DNA from: Nitrospirales bacterium
GTDB taxonomy: Bacteria > Nitrospirota > Nitrospiria > Nitrospirales > UBA8639
Length of the DNA stretch: 64,000 nt
Reading direction: 5' to 3'
NCBI GenBank assembly: GCA_963555755.3
Contig: OY820905.2
Coordinates: 3,136,001-3,200,000 of the forward strand
The stretch's first letter is position 1. Each line of letters begins with the position of its first letter. The position numbers and the translations under genes were made by a program. Below the pieces are notes generated by a model that saw nothing but the letters and a program-made list of their open reading frames with translations, was not told the DNA's origin and did not search any database. This document shows, in pieces, positions 39,618-49,861 of this stretch.

Positions 39618-40715
39618 GTGCCATTTAACATCGATTACAAAAAATTTAAACTAGGTGTGTCCATGCGAGCAACAACATTGTCGTGGAATTCAGTCGATAT
39701 CAAAATACTCACCGTGGTCACGATCATTGGGTCTACGGTTGTTAGTTTCTTCCTTGGCGTGCCAACCGTGGCAGCGCAATCGTGGTTATCGTCTCCTCCT
39801 CCCATCAGTGGTCGGACCGTAGAGCGGGACAGCATCCAACCGGCGGATGTGCTCGCACGTGTTCAATTGTTCCAGCAACAGCTTGAGAGTATTCGCATAG
39901 AGATGGGAAAGCCGCACGATACACGCCAGATGCATTTAGCGACAAAGGCCCGTCCCCATGAAGTGTATTTTCAGGCGCTGACCTTGTACATTAAAGCTGA
40001 TCGGTTTGCGTTGGAATTGACAGGAAGTACAGGCCTCAAACCGATACCCGTTTCAGTGGAAGAAATTAGTCCCTACCATGTGTGGCTATTGGTCAATGCG
40101 GCCTATCGCCGGTTATTAGTCATTAAAACGGAACTCAATATTCCTGAATCTTTCACGGAAAGAGCAAGCCCTGTCACGACGACTCCCACCGAAGTAGGCC
40201 GGGCGGTAGTCCGGGCCAATCGTCAACTGAACGTGATGTTGCAGCAGCGATTTTCGCCCAGTGAGGTGTACCAACAACTAGAAGCGGCTCGGCACTATGC
40301 CCGGGCTTTACTGGAAGGATTCGGCACGGATCAGGATTCGGCATCGCTACCACCATTCCAACGAGGAAAAACTCCTACAGATGTTTTCTTGCAACTCATA
40401 CGCTGCTTTGAACAGCTCGAAGAATTTGCCAACGTGTCGGGTGTGTCGATCCTTCGCATAGACGGAAGTACTGCAAGGAAGGTGGCACCCGAATTTCAGG
40501 TTCAACCGAGTGATGTGTATGATTTAGCCACCTTGCTGCTTTCTGATCTGGCATATATTCATGGGAAAAAGTACCGTGGGCATACGATGCCAACTGTACC
40601 ATTCCCGGGCACAAAGTTTCCTTCCCATGTGTTTCAATTAGCCAAAAGGCTCCAAGGACAACTCGATGAATTATATGGGCTCGCTCGGGAAAATCCTGAC
40701 TGGTTGTCACAATAA
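39618..40715 (+). CDS. Hypothetical exported protein with internal helical repeats
   Basis: Repeated (T/Q/F/I)PxxV(Y/F) helix-start motifs; N-terminal hydrophobic segment. Confidence 0.7.
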   Translation: MPFNIDYKKFKLGVSMRATTLSWNSVDIKILTVVTIIGSTVVSFFLGVPTVAAQSWLSSPPPISGRTVERDSIQPADVLARVQLFQQQLESIRIEMGKPHDTRQMHLATKARPHEVYFQALTLYIKADRFALELTGSTGLKPIPVSVEEISPYHVWLLVNAAYRRLLVIKTELNIPESFTERASPVTTTPTEVGRAVVRANRQLNVMLQQRFSPSEVYQQLEAARHYARALLEGFGTDQDSASLPPFQRGKTPTDVFLQLIRCFEQLEEFANVSGVSILRIDGSTARKVAPEFQVQPSDVYDLATLLLSDLAYIHGKKYRGHTMPTVPFPGTKFPSHVFQLAKRLQGQLDELYGLARENPDWLSQ

Positions 40716-40757
40716 GAAGGTGCGGCCATTTCCTGGAAGGATAAAGAAGCCGTACAG

Positions 40758-43115
40758 GTGCCTGAGAGAAGTTTGAATATTATCCTTTCCGTACTGATCC
40801 TACCTCTTTTGTTCGCTATGTCCTTACAGGGCTGTAGCGAAGACAAAGTCCCGACGCCCACCAACACGTCCGATAAAAAAACGGTCATGGCTGAACCCGC
40901 CGCATACATAGGCGCCAACATATGTGCAGAATGCCATCAGGAGATTTCCAACACATGGGAAGAATCGCACCATGCACTGGCCATGAAGAAGGCAATTCAG
41001 AGCACAGTTCTTGGAGATTTTGGCAACACAACGTTTACGCATTTTGGAGTGACCTCAACCTTTTCTCAACGAGATGGAAAATTCTTGGTGAAAACGGATG
41101 GACCAGATGGGAAACTTCAAGAGTACAGAATCAAGTACACCTTTGGAGTGACACCCTTGCAGCAATATCTCATTGAATTTCCTGGTGGGCGGTATCAAGC
41201 GTTGGGAATAGCCTGGGATAGTCGATCTAAAGAAGAAGGCGGGCAACGTTGGTTTCATCTCTATCCAAATGAAAAGATTCCACACGATGATGAGTTGCAT
41301 TGGACAGGCCCGAATCAAAACTGGAATTACATGTGTGCGGAATGCCACTCAACCAATCTCCAAAAAAAATATTCCTTAGAAAAAAATCAATATGAAACGA
41401 CGTGGACGGACATTGATGTTGCATGTGAAGCCTGTCATGGACCGGGATCGCACCATGTGGCCTGGGCGAAAGGAGAGGGAGCAGGAAGTCAGATGCATCC
41501 AAGCACAACAAAGGGTCTCGTGTTCGCATTCCCTGCCTTCAATGAAAGGTCTTGGAAATTCACTGCCGGGGCGAATACCGCCAGCCAAGCAACTAATGTC
41601 TCATCACATACCGAGATAGACGCCTGTGCCAGGTGCCATTCTCGTCGTAGGACCATCAATGATAATTATCAACATGGGAAACATGTACTTGAAACGCATC
41701 TGCCCTCTCTCCTTGAACAAGGGCTGTACTATGAGGACGGACAGATTCAGGATGAAGTGTATGTCTACGGATCGTTTCTGCAAAGCAAGATGTATCACGC
41801 TGGGGTCACATGTGGTGATTGCCATGAGCCGCATGGCTTGAAACTGCGGGAAGCCGGAAACGCTCTTTGTACGCGTTGCCATCGTTCAGAACATTTCGAC
41901 ATGCCGGAACACCATTTCCACAAGGCAGGAGCAGTCGGTGCCCAATGCGTAAATTGCCACATGCCTGAAAAAAACTATATGGTGATTGACCCCCGTCGGG
42001 ACCACAGCATTCGCCTGCCCCAACCAAGTCTATCTATCAAGCTAGGCACACCCAATGCCTGCAATCAATGTCATAAAACCCAGACCACTCAGTGGGCAGC
42101 AGACGTTGTAAAGAAATGGTATGGCCCCCCAAAACATGACCGGCCCCATTATGGAGAAATGCTCGCGGCCGGGCGTGGAGGAGAGTCAGGTGCAGACCTG
42201 GCCTTGATGAAGCTCGCTAAAGATAAATCTACCCCAGGAATTGTTCGAGCATCGGCCCTGTCCCTGCTCCGTGACTACCCAAGTCAAAAAATGGTGCAGG
42301 CTCTTAAAGTCGGCATGAAGGACAAAGATCCTCTAGTCAGAATTGGCGCCTTACGGGCCCTTGATGTCTTAGGACCCAGCCAGAGATACGAGGTGGGAAG
42401 TCCTTTAATCAACGATCCGGTTCGAGCAGTGAGAATAGAAGCAGGGCGCCAGCTCGCAGCGGGTCCTCAAAGCCAACTTACTTCGAGTCAACAAGCAAAA
42501 CTAGACAAAGCCGTCGAAGAATACGTTCAGTCGCAACTCGTGAATGCAGAGCGACCGAGTTCGCATCTCAACCTTGGTATTCTGCATGCCGAACGTGGGA
42601 AGTTTCCACAGGCGGAAGAAGCCTATCAAACTGCCCTGCGATTGGATGCGAGTTTTTATCCCGCGCTTGTCAATCTCGCCGATCTGTATCGGGTGCAGAA
42701 ACGAGACAAGGAAGGAGAACCACTTCTTCGCCAGGCGTTGAACGTGGCTCCTCATGATGCCTCGGTGCACCATGCCTTAGGCTTGCTTCTCGTACGAACA
42801 GACCAAAAGGCCGAGGCTATGCCGGCTTTGAAACGGGCTTGGGAAATACAATCAGACAATCCTCGCTACGGGTATGTCTATGGAATCGCCTTAAACTCGG
42901 ACGGGAAAAGCAACGAGGCTATAGTGGTATTGGAAGAAACTCTCCAACATCATACAAACAACCCCCAAATCCTTATGATTCTCCTCACGATCCATCGTGA
43001 TCGTGGCAACCAAAAGGATGCGGCCCAGTATGCGAAGCGCCTCATGGCGCTGTCACCTCAAGACCCGGGTGTTCGACAGTTGCTCCAACAGCTTCAATCA
43101 AGCGAACAAAACTGA
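40758..43115 (+). CDS. Multiheme (8 CxxCH) cytochrome c with HEAT and TPR repeats, lipoprotein
   Basis: LQGC lipobox; CAECH, CAECH, CEACH, CARCH, CGDCH, CTRCH, CVNCH, CNQCH; C-terminal TPRs. Confidence 0.9.
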   Translation: MPERSLNIILSVLILPLLFAMSLQGCSEDKVPTPTNTSDKKTVMAEPAAYIGANICAECHQEISNTWEESHHALAMKKAIQSTVLGDFGNTTFTHFGVTSTFSQRDGKFLVKTDGPDGKLQEYRIKYTFGVTPLQQYLIEFPGGRYQALGIAWDSRSKEEGGQRWFHLYPNEKIPHDDELHWTGPNQNWNYMCAECHSTNLQKKYSLEKNQYETTWTDIDVACEACHGPGSHHVAWAKGEGAGSQMHPSTTKGLVFAFPAFNERSWKFTAGANTASQATNVSSHTEIDACARCHSRRRTINDNYQHGKHVLETHLPSLLEQGLYYEDGQIQDEVYVYGSFLQSKMYHAGVTCGDCHEPHGLKLREAGNALCTRCHRSEHFDMPEHHFHKAGAVGAQCVNCHMPEKNYMVIDPRRDHSIRLPQPSLSIKLGTPNACNQCHKTQTTQWAADVVKKWYGPPKHDRPHYGEMLAAGRGGESGADLALMKLAKDKSTPGIVRASALSLLRDYPSQKMVQALKVGMKDKDPLVRIGALRALDVLGPSQRYEVGSPLINDPVRAVRIEAGRQLAAGPQSQLTSSQQAKLDKAVEEYVQSQLVNAERPSSHLNLGILHAERGKFPQAEEAYQTALRLDASFYPALVNLADLYRVQKRDKEGEPLLRQALNVAPHDASVHHALGLLLVRTDQKAEAMPALKRAWEIQSDNPRYGYVYGIALNSDGKSNEAIVVLEETLQHHTNNPQILMILLTIHRDRGNQKDAAQYAKRLMALSPQDPGVRQLLQQLQSSEQN

Positions 43116-43181
43116 TGCTGCGCAGAGTGGGGAGGCACATAGTTGACGCTGGCATAGGGATTGGGAGGGATGGAGGATGAT

Positions 43182-43220
43182 GTGCGGGTTCTTGTGATCA
43201 ACAGCGGGAGTTCCTCCATT
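43182..43220 (+). pseudogene. ackA: Acetate kinase N-terminal stub
   Basis: GGAGGA RBS then VRVLVINSGSSSI; similarity ends there. Confidence 0.6.
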
Positions 43221-43376
43221 TGGGTTTGGAGTTTAGGGTATTGTCAACTTAACGAAAATTGGACACTGAACAAACACTTCACCTGGCTATAATCCATTGA
43301 TTTGCCAGGGGTCAGGTTACCGGTTCCATGCGTAGACGGATCCAAATTTGGCTTAAGTTGACAATACCCTCGAAAC

Positions 43377-43961
43377 TCATGATTTAAGAAGGGCATTCCA
43401 TGTCTTGACCGCAGGGTATCCTCGATAGTAGCTGAGGATATTGAGCGTGCCAGTATCAAGAAGGAAGTTTCGGCCAGCAGTGGCAGGAAGATCCAACCAA
43501 CGGGCCACCAGTACTCGAAGGATATGCCCGTGGGCAAAGAGAGCGACAACACCCCTGACCGACCGAACCCTTGCAATCACGCGATCTGCCCGTGCACCAA
43601 TCTGTTCGGGGGTTTCACCACCAGGTGCTCCATCATTGAAAACCAACCAACCCGGTACCGTTTCATGTATCTGCCGAGAGGTAATGCCCTCGTATTCACC
43701 ATAATTCCATTCCATTAAATTGGTGTCGACGTCTGCTTGATCCCCTAGTCCTGATAACTTACAGGTTTCCCTCGCTCGCTGGAGCGGGCTAGTGAGCACC
43801 AGGACAAATGACTCTTTTGCCAAAACTGGCTGTAATAACTTCGCCAGTGTTCTCCCATTCTCAGTCAAGGGAATGTCTGTGACCCCGGTATGTTGTCCGT
43901 TCAGGCTCCACGCGGTTTCCCCATGCCTGATGATATACACAAGCTGTTCATTGTTCTCCAT
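43377..43961 (-). CDS. Histidine phosphatase / phosphoglycerate mutase family
   Basis: RHGETAWS, SPLQRARET, EWNYGEYEG, FAHGHILR. Confidence 0.92.
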   Translation of the reverse strand: MENNEQLVYIIRHGETAWSLNGQHTGVTDIPLTENGRTLAKLLQPVLAKESFVLVLTSPLQRARETCKLSGLGDQADVDTNLMEWNYGEYEGITSRQIHETVPGWLVFNDGAPGGETPEQIGARADRVIARVRSVRGVVALFAHGHILRVLVARWLDLPATAGRNFLLDTGTLNILSYYRGYPAVKTWNALLKS

Positions 43962-44213
43962 AGGTTACCCTTTGTCAATTGAATGCCCCAGAAAGAAACC
44001 CGTACCCTCTCTAATGAGTTTCGAGTTCCGGGTGAGGGAAGCAAAATTTTTACACAGAACGAACAAGGCACCTACATTTTTCCCTTTGAAGTCTATCTAA
44101 TCGTTAAACGAATTGACTACACTATTTACTCTTGAACAGAATAGATGACAAGATACCCAACTCCGTATGTACTATTCCACGAGTGGTTCTGTAAGCCGTG
44201 AAGGAGCTATCTT

Positions 44214-44957
44214 ATGAGCAAGAATCCAATCACACGAGAAAAATATGATGCTGTCCTCTTTGATTTGGACGGCGTGATTACCGCTACGGCAAAATTGCAT
44301 GCCGCTTGTTGGAAAAAGATGTTCGATGAATACTTAGAGAAACGTGCCAATCAAAAAGGAGTACCCTTCACACCATTCGAGATAGCGACGGATTATAAAC
44401 TGTATGTCGATGGCAAGCCACGATTTGACGGGGTCCGAGATTTTTTAAAATCGCGGGACATCAACCTTCCTGAGGGTACGCATGACGATTCACCAGAGAC
44501 GGAGACCGTGGGGGGACTGGGAAACCGCAAGAATGTATTGATCAACGAACTCATCAACTCCGTTGGTGTCGATGCCTATGAAGGAACCATTGCACTGGCC
44601 CGTCAGGTTGCGAATGAGGGCATCAAGATTGCCGTAGTGACATCAAGTCAAAATTGCGACGCGGTATTGAAGGCTGCCAAAATCGACGACCTTTTCAAAG
44701 TTCGAGTTGATGGTAACACCATCCAGGAGCAACATCTTTCCGGAAAACCTGCCCCGGACTCCTATTTGGAAGGTGCCAGGCTTTTGGGCGTTGACCCTAA
44801 AAGGACCGTCGTCATCGAAGATGCGATCTCTGGTGTTCAATCCGGCCGCAATGGAAATTTCGGACTCGTGATTGGGGTTGATCGAAAAGGCAATGCCGAT
44901 GAGCTCAAAGAAAATGGGGCTGATGTCGTGGTGAAGGATTTGGGAGAGTTTTTGTAG
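44214..44957 (+). CDS. Beta-phosphoglucomutase-family HAD hydrolase
   Basis: FDLDGVIT, YVDGKPRFDG, GKPAPD, EDAISG. Confidence 0.9.
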   Translation: MSKNPITREKYDAVLFDLDGVITATAKLHAACWKKMFDEYLEKRANQKGVPFTPFEIATDYKLYVDGKPRFDGVRDFLKSRDINLPEGTHDDSPETETVGGLGNRKNVLINELINSVGVDAYEGTIALARQVANEGIKIAVVTSSQNCDAVLKAAKIDDLFKVRVDGNTIQEQHLSGKPAPDSYLEGARLLGVDPKRTVVIEDAISGVQSGRNGNFGLVIGVDRKGNADELKENGADVVVKDLGEFL

Positions 44958-44974
44958 TCATATATTTGTATTCA

Positions 44975-45986
44975 TATGCCTTCCCATTTGACTAAGGTTA
45001 GTCCCTAGACTAGTCTGCTGGACTATGGACACAGGGTATGCTGCTGATATCTTGGATTTTTCTGTTAGGTTCCACACCGAAGAAGCGTGCTTCGAGTACT
45101 TGCGGGCGATTCGGTGGCCAGACGGGTTTATGTGTCCAGCTTGCGGTCATCGCGGTGGTTGGTGGCTCAAAAAATATTTCCGGTTTGAGTGTTCGTCGTG
45201 TCATAGACAGACATCACCGCTAAGCGGCACAGTGATGCATAGATCGCACTTGCCGCTACGGCTTTGGTTTTGGGCTGCCTATTTCGTCTCCACGCACACA
45301 CCTGGCATCAGTGCTGTGCAATTGCAGCGTCAACTCAGTATCAAGAAGGTGGATAGCGCCTGGTATTTGCTCCACAGATTGCGACGAGGAATGGTACGAC
45401 AGAACCGTGAACGGCTCGCAGGAACAGTTGAAGCCGATGAAACCCATATCGGTGGACCGGTAAAAGGCAAAACGGGCCGTGGCGTCGCGAAAGCGAAAAC
45501 CAAGACGTTAATAGCCGGAGCCGTAGAAATTGTCACGTACACACAAGGGGATCACTTTCGAGAGAAAGCAGGGCGTTTACGATTAGCGATTCTTCAAGAC
45601 GCTGGAGAGAACGAGATCAAAGCATTCCTCAATAGCCATGTCGCTGAGGGCAGTAAGATCAAGTCCGATGGTTGGAAGGGATACTCGGCAAAAGCCTTGG
45701 CAGGATACGAACACCTGAGACGGACCCAGGGTGACCCAGCAAGTGCTGGGAAGCACGCTCCACACATCCATAGAGCGTTCGGCAATCTGCAGACCTGGCT
45801 GAACGGGATTCACCATGGAGTGGATTCAAAATACCTGCAACACTATCTTGATGAGTTTGTCTTTCGCTATAACCGCCGTGAGACTCCAATGAGTACCTTC
45901 CAGAGTTTGTTGAAAATCCTGACCAGCAGCTCAAAACCCTTGGGATTCAATAAACTGAAGCAACCTTAGTTAAATGGGAAGGCATA
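44975..45986 (+). mobile_element. IS1595-family insertion sequence, copy 2 (1012 bp)
   Basis: Same TIRs as copy 1; own 8-bp TSD tgtattca at 44967-44974 and 45987-45994. Confidence 0.95.
45025..45969 (+). CDS. IS1595-family transposase
   Basis: Protein identical to 29302-30246. Confidence 0.95.
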   Translation: MDTGYAADILDFSVRFHTEEACFEYLRAIRWPDGFMCPACGHRGGWWLKKYFRFECSSCHRQTSPLSGTVMHRSHLPLRLWFWAAYFVSTHTPGISAVQLQRQLSIKKVDSAWYLLHRLRRGMVRQNRERLAGTVEADETHIGGPVKGKTGRGVAKAKTKTLIAGAVEIVTYTQGDHFREKAGRLRLAILQDAGENEIKAFLNSHVAEGSKIKSDGWKGYSAKALAGYEHLRRTQGDPASAGKHAPHIHRAFGNLQTWLNGIHHGVDSKYLQHYLDEFVFRYNRRETPMSTFQSLLKILTSSSKPLGFNKLKQP

Positions 45987-46028
45987 TGTATTCATATAGA
46001 CAATTATCCAACAAAAAGGTCAATTATC

Positions 46029-48419
46029 ATGATACACCATGAACGCGTCAAACCCGATCATCATGTCTATCCCCCTGATGAATGGAACATAATCGAAAAG
46101 AAGTTCAATCCCAATTTCTTAGCACAGGCAGAAACCATGCTTGCTGTAGGAAACGGATATCTGGGAATGCGGGGGTGCCCTGAGGAAGGCGGGCCGGCCG
46201 GCCAGGAAGGAACCTTTATCAACGGCTTGTACGAATCCTGGCCCATTGTGTATGGGGAAGAAGCCTACGGGTACGCCAAGACCGGCCAAACGATTGTCAA
46301 CGCAACAGACACGAAAATTATCAGGCTCTATGTAGACGATGAGCCCTTTTGGCTACCCAATGCGAATCTACTCAGTTACGATCGTCGGCTGAATATGAAA
46401 GCCGGGATGCTTGAGCGAGAAATCTTGTGGGAAACGCCCTCAGGGAAGCAGGTGCTGATTAAGTCTCAGAGACTGGTATCATTTCAGCATCGCCACCTGG
46501 CAGCCATCTCCTATGAAGTGACCGTTCAGAACGCTCACGCTCCGGTGGTGATTGCCTCGCAAATGGTCACCACGCACCGGCAGAATTCTAAAGACGATAA
46601 TGATCCTCGCAAGGCCAAGGCGTTCAAAGCCAAAGTCCTTCATCCACTCATGAACGTTGTTCAAGATCGTCGAGTGGTTCTCTGCCATTCCACGAAAAAC
46701 AGTAAGATGATGCTTAGTTGTGGGATTGATCATACTTTGGAGACAGAATGTCCTTATTCCTACAAAGGCGAATGCTCCGAGGAATTTGGACAAATTGTTT
46801 TTACCATCGAGGCACAACCAGGTCACTCGATTCACCTGACGAAGTACATGGCGTATCACATCTCTCATACGGCTTCCTTTGAGGAAATGGATGATCGAGT
46901 TGAACGAACCCTGGAGCGTGCGGTCACCAGTGGTTTTTCATCCTTGCAGATTGGCCAACAAGAATACCTGGACGAGTTCTGGCGAAGGAGTGACATCCAG
47001 GTAAGCGGTCTTAGCGAGTCCATGACAAAACGGTCAAACGTGGAGATTCAACAGGCGATTCGCTTCAACCTCTTTCACATCCTTCAGGCGGCAGGGAGAG
47101 CCGATACGACCGGAGTGGCCGCAAAAGGGCTCACGGGGCAGGCCTATGAAGGACACTACTTTTGGGACACTGAAATTTACGTTATGCCTTTTCTCATTTA
47201 TACCAATCCACGGATGGCCAAAAACTTACTGAGCTACCGATACCGCCTGTTGGACAAGGCAAGAGCACGGGCTAGCGAATTAAGCAAAAAAGGAGCCATG
47301 TTTCCCTGGAGAACGATTAATGGCGATGAAGCTTCTGCGTATTATGCAGCGGGGACGGCCCAGTATCACATCAACGCCGACATCATGTACGCCCTGAAGA
47401 AGTATGTGAATGCCACGGGTGATGAAGAGTTTCTGAAAGAGTATGGATCGGAAATGCTGGTTGAAACAGCGCGTTTGTGGGCTGATCTCGGGTTTTTCTC
47501 TAAGCGGAAGGAAGGCAGATTTTGCATCAATGGGGTCACAGGACCCGATGAATATAATACCGTCGTGGACAATAACGTGTTTACCAACCTGATGGCGCAG
47601 GGAAACCTGCGTTATGCAGTGGAAACTATGGAGTGGCTTCGGGAGAAAGACCCGAATGCATTCGCCATTGTTAAGAATAAAACGCAGCTAGATCTTGCCG
47701 AGATCGAAGAATGGAAAACCGCTGCAGACAACATGTATATCCCTGTCGATGAAAGGTTGGGTATTCATCCGCAGGACGATAGTTTCTTGGACAAAGAACG
47801 GTGGGACTTCGAGAATACCCCACCAGAAAAGTACCCATTGCTCTTGGCTTTCCACCCGCTGACTATCTATCGGCATCAGGTCATCAAGCAAGCTGATGTG
47901 GTGCTGGCCATGTTTCTGCATGGTGAAAACTTCTCCCTGGAACAAAAGAAGCGCAATTTTGACTTTTACGACCCTTTAACGACAGGCGATTCCTCGTTGT
48001 CATCCTGTATTCAAAGCATCATTGCATTGGAAATTGGAGAGTACGAGAAGGCCGCATATTATGCCCGAATGGCCCTGTTGATGGATCTTGCTGACGTGGG
48101 GGGAAACGTCAAGGATGGCTGCCATATCGCCTCAATGGGTGGCACCTGGATGGCCTTGGTATATGGGTTTGCAGGGATGCGTGATTATGATGGAGTCTTA
48201 ACGTTTCGACCCAGGAGACCACCGGATGGTGAGGGAATCATGCGAATCCCGCTAACCATGCGTGGACAGAGGATTGAGGTGGAAATCGATGCCGAGGCGC
48301 GCACGGTGAAGTATTCCCTGCGGGAAGGCGATGGACTCATGATCCGTCATGAAGAAGAGGAAATTCACCTGACGAAGGATGAACCACTGGCCACCCGTAC
48401 GCTGGGTAAGGATTCTTGA
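46029..48419 (+). CDS. Glycoside hydrolase family 65 (maltose/trehalose phosphorylase-like)
   Basis: GNGYLGMRG, AKGLTGQAYEGHYFWDTE, GPDEY, KQADVVL, DSSLS. Confidence 0.93.
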   Translation: MIHHERVKPDHHVYPPDEWNIIEKKFNPNFLAQAETMLAVGNGYLGMRGCPEEGGPAGQEGTFINGLYESWPIVYGEEAYGYAKTGQTIVNATDTKIIRLYVDDEPFWLPNANLLSYDRRLNMKAGMLEREILWETPSGKQVLIKSQRLVSFQHRHLAAISYEVTVQNAHAPVVIASQMVTTHRQNSKDDNDPRKAKAFKAKVLHPLMNVVQDRRVVLCHSTKNSKMMLSCGIDHTLETECPYSYKGECSEEFGQIVFTIEAQPGHSIHLTKYMAYHISHTASFEEMDDRVERTLERAVTSGFSSLQIGQQEYLDEFWRRSDIQVSGLSESMTKRSNVEIQQAIRFNLFHILQAAGRADTTGVAAKGLTGQAYEGHYFWDTEIYVMPFLIYTNPRMAKNLLSYRYRLLDKARARASELSKKGAMFPWRTINGDEASAYYAAGTAQYHINADIMYALKKYVNATGDEEFLKEYGSEMLVETARLWADLGFFSKRKEGRFCINGVTGPDEYNTVVDNNVFTNLMAQGNLRYAVETMEWLREKDPNAFAIVKNKTQLDLAEIEEWKTAADNMYIPVDERLGIHPQDDSFLDKERWDFENTPPEKYPLLLAFHPLTIYRHQVIKQADVVLAMFLHGENFSLEQKKRNFDFYDPLTTGDSSLSSCIQSIIALEIGEYEKAAYYARMALLMDLADVGGNVKDGCHIASMGGTWMALVYGFAGMRDYDGVLTFRPRRPPDGEGIMRIPLTMRGQRIEVEIDAEARTVKYSLREGDGLMIRHEEEEIHLTKDEPLATRTLGKDS

Positions 48420-48475
48420 GTTCTCTTAGGAGGTGTAGTCCATAAGCACGTAGCACCCAATCGGATTAAAGCGAA

Positions 48476-49723
48476 ATGCGTATTCTTGTTCTCAATTGTG
48501 GAAGTTCTTCTCTGAAGTTTCGTCTCCTTGATCTTGGGAAAAAACAGAGGGCGTGAATCGAGTTCTGGTCAACGGTGCAGTCAAGGGCATTGGTGGAACT
48601 GGCACTCTTGAATTCAGTGCGGAAGGGCAAGCAGGATCGAAAATCAGCAAACCTGTTTCTGATCATGCCCACGCCATCCAATGGATATTTGAGGGCCTCG
48701 GAAAGTTACCCGGAGGAGAGAACCACACTGTTGGGCTTTCGCAGGTAGATGCTGTGGGGCACCGGGTGGTCCATGGTGGGGAAAGATTCTCCGCCTCCAT
48801 CTTGATTGATGAGACGGTTGAAAAGGAAATTGAGGGGTTAAGTGTAATTGGCGCCCTTGCATAATCCAGCGTGTCTAGCTGGGATTCGAGGCGCCAACGC
48901 AACGTTGGGTGATAGGGTTCCCATGGTGGCGGTATTTGATACAGCCTTTCACCAAACCATGCCGGCGGTAGCCAAGACCTATGCCCTCCCACATGAGATG
49001 GCTTCCCGACACGGGATTCATCGATATGGTTTCCATGGCATTGCCCATGCATCCCTTGCCGATGGGTACGCAAAGTTCAAGGGCAACGCACCCTCTGACA
49101 TTCGAATTATCACGTTGCAATTAGGGAATGGGTGCTCGGTCACTGCTATTGCCGGTGGGAAATCTGTTGAAACCTCGATGGGGTTCACCCCTTTGGAGGG
49201 TTTGGTGATGGGAACCCGATCAGGAGATGTCGATCCCTCTGTCGTCAGTTATCTGTCCGAGAAAGAAAAAGTCGAGCCTTCGGAAGTCGAACTATGGCTG
49301 AATGAAAAATCCGGCCTGTTGGGGATTTCTGGAAGAACCAATGACATGCGGGAATTACTGCTCGCTGCCTCTCAGGAACACGACGAGCAGGCACAACTTG
49401 CCATTAATCTATTTTGCTATCGGGCCAAAAAATACATCGGGGCTTACTTGGCCATTTTGGGAGGTGCCGAGGCAATAATATTCGGTGGAGGCATTGGTGA
49501 GGCGTCCAGCGCCATTCGGGCTCGGATCTGCGAGGGTATGGGATGGTGCGGATTGCAGTTGGACGAGGGAAAGAATAACGCAGCGGTTGGTCTCCAGCCA
49601 GGACATGTCGCCATAATCAGCAAAGGGAACTCTTCTCTGAATGCGTATGTCGTGGCCGCTGATGAGGAAACGTGGATTGCACGAGAGACTGTCCGTTGCC
49701 TAAAGGCAACGAACGGCGTTTAG
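48476..49723 (+). pseudogene. ackA: Acetate kinase, two frameshifts
   Basis: MRILVLNCGSSSLKF (48476), GHRVVHGGE and APLHNP/YGFHG/SMGFTPLEG lie in three separate ORF pieces; breaks near 48545 and 48846. Confidence 0.9.
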
Positions 49724-49835
49724 AGTTCAGAGTTCCGGGTTTTGCGTTTAAAGTTAGGAAATATTTAGGAATCTGAATTTGTGTATTTGTGTTATTTCAA
49801 TCTCACTCGAAACAATGAACTCTGAACTCGAAACT
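49722..49835. repeat. 7-nt-period inverted repeat element after ackA
   Basis: agagttc agagttc cgggttt tgcgttt aaagtt ... gaactct gaactcg aaactt. Confidence 0.65.
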
Positions 49836-49861
49836 TATTCATATATTCATGGAGGTCTAAA

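Noticed and set aside
29285..45986. Composite transposon bounded by the two IS1595 copies
   Set aside because: Each copy has its own matched TSD (agaactct; tgtattca) and the outer flanks do not match, indicating independent insertions.
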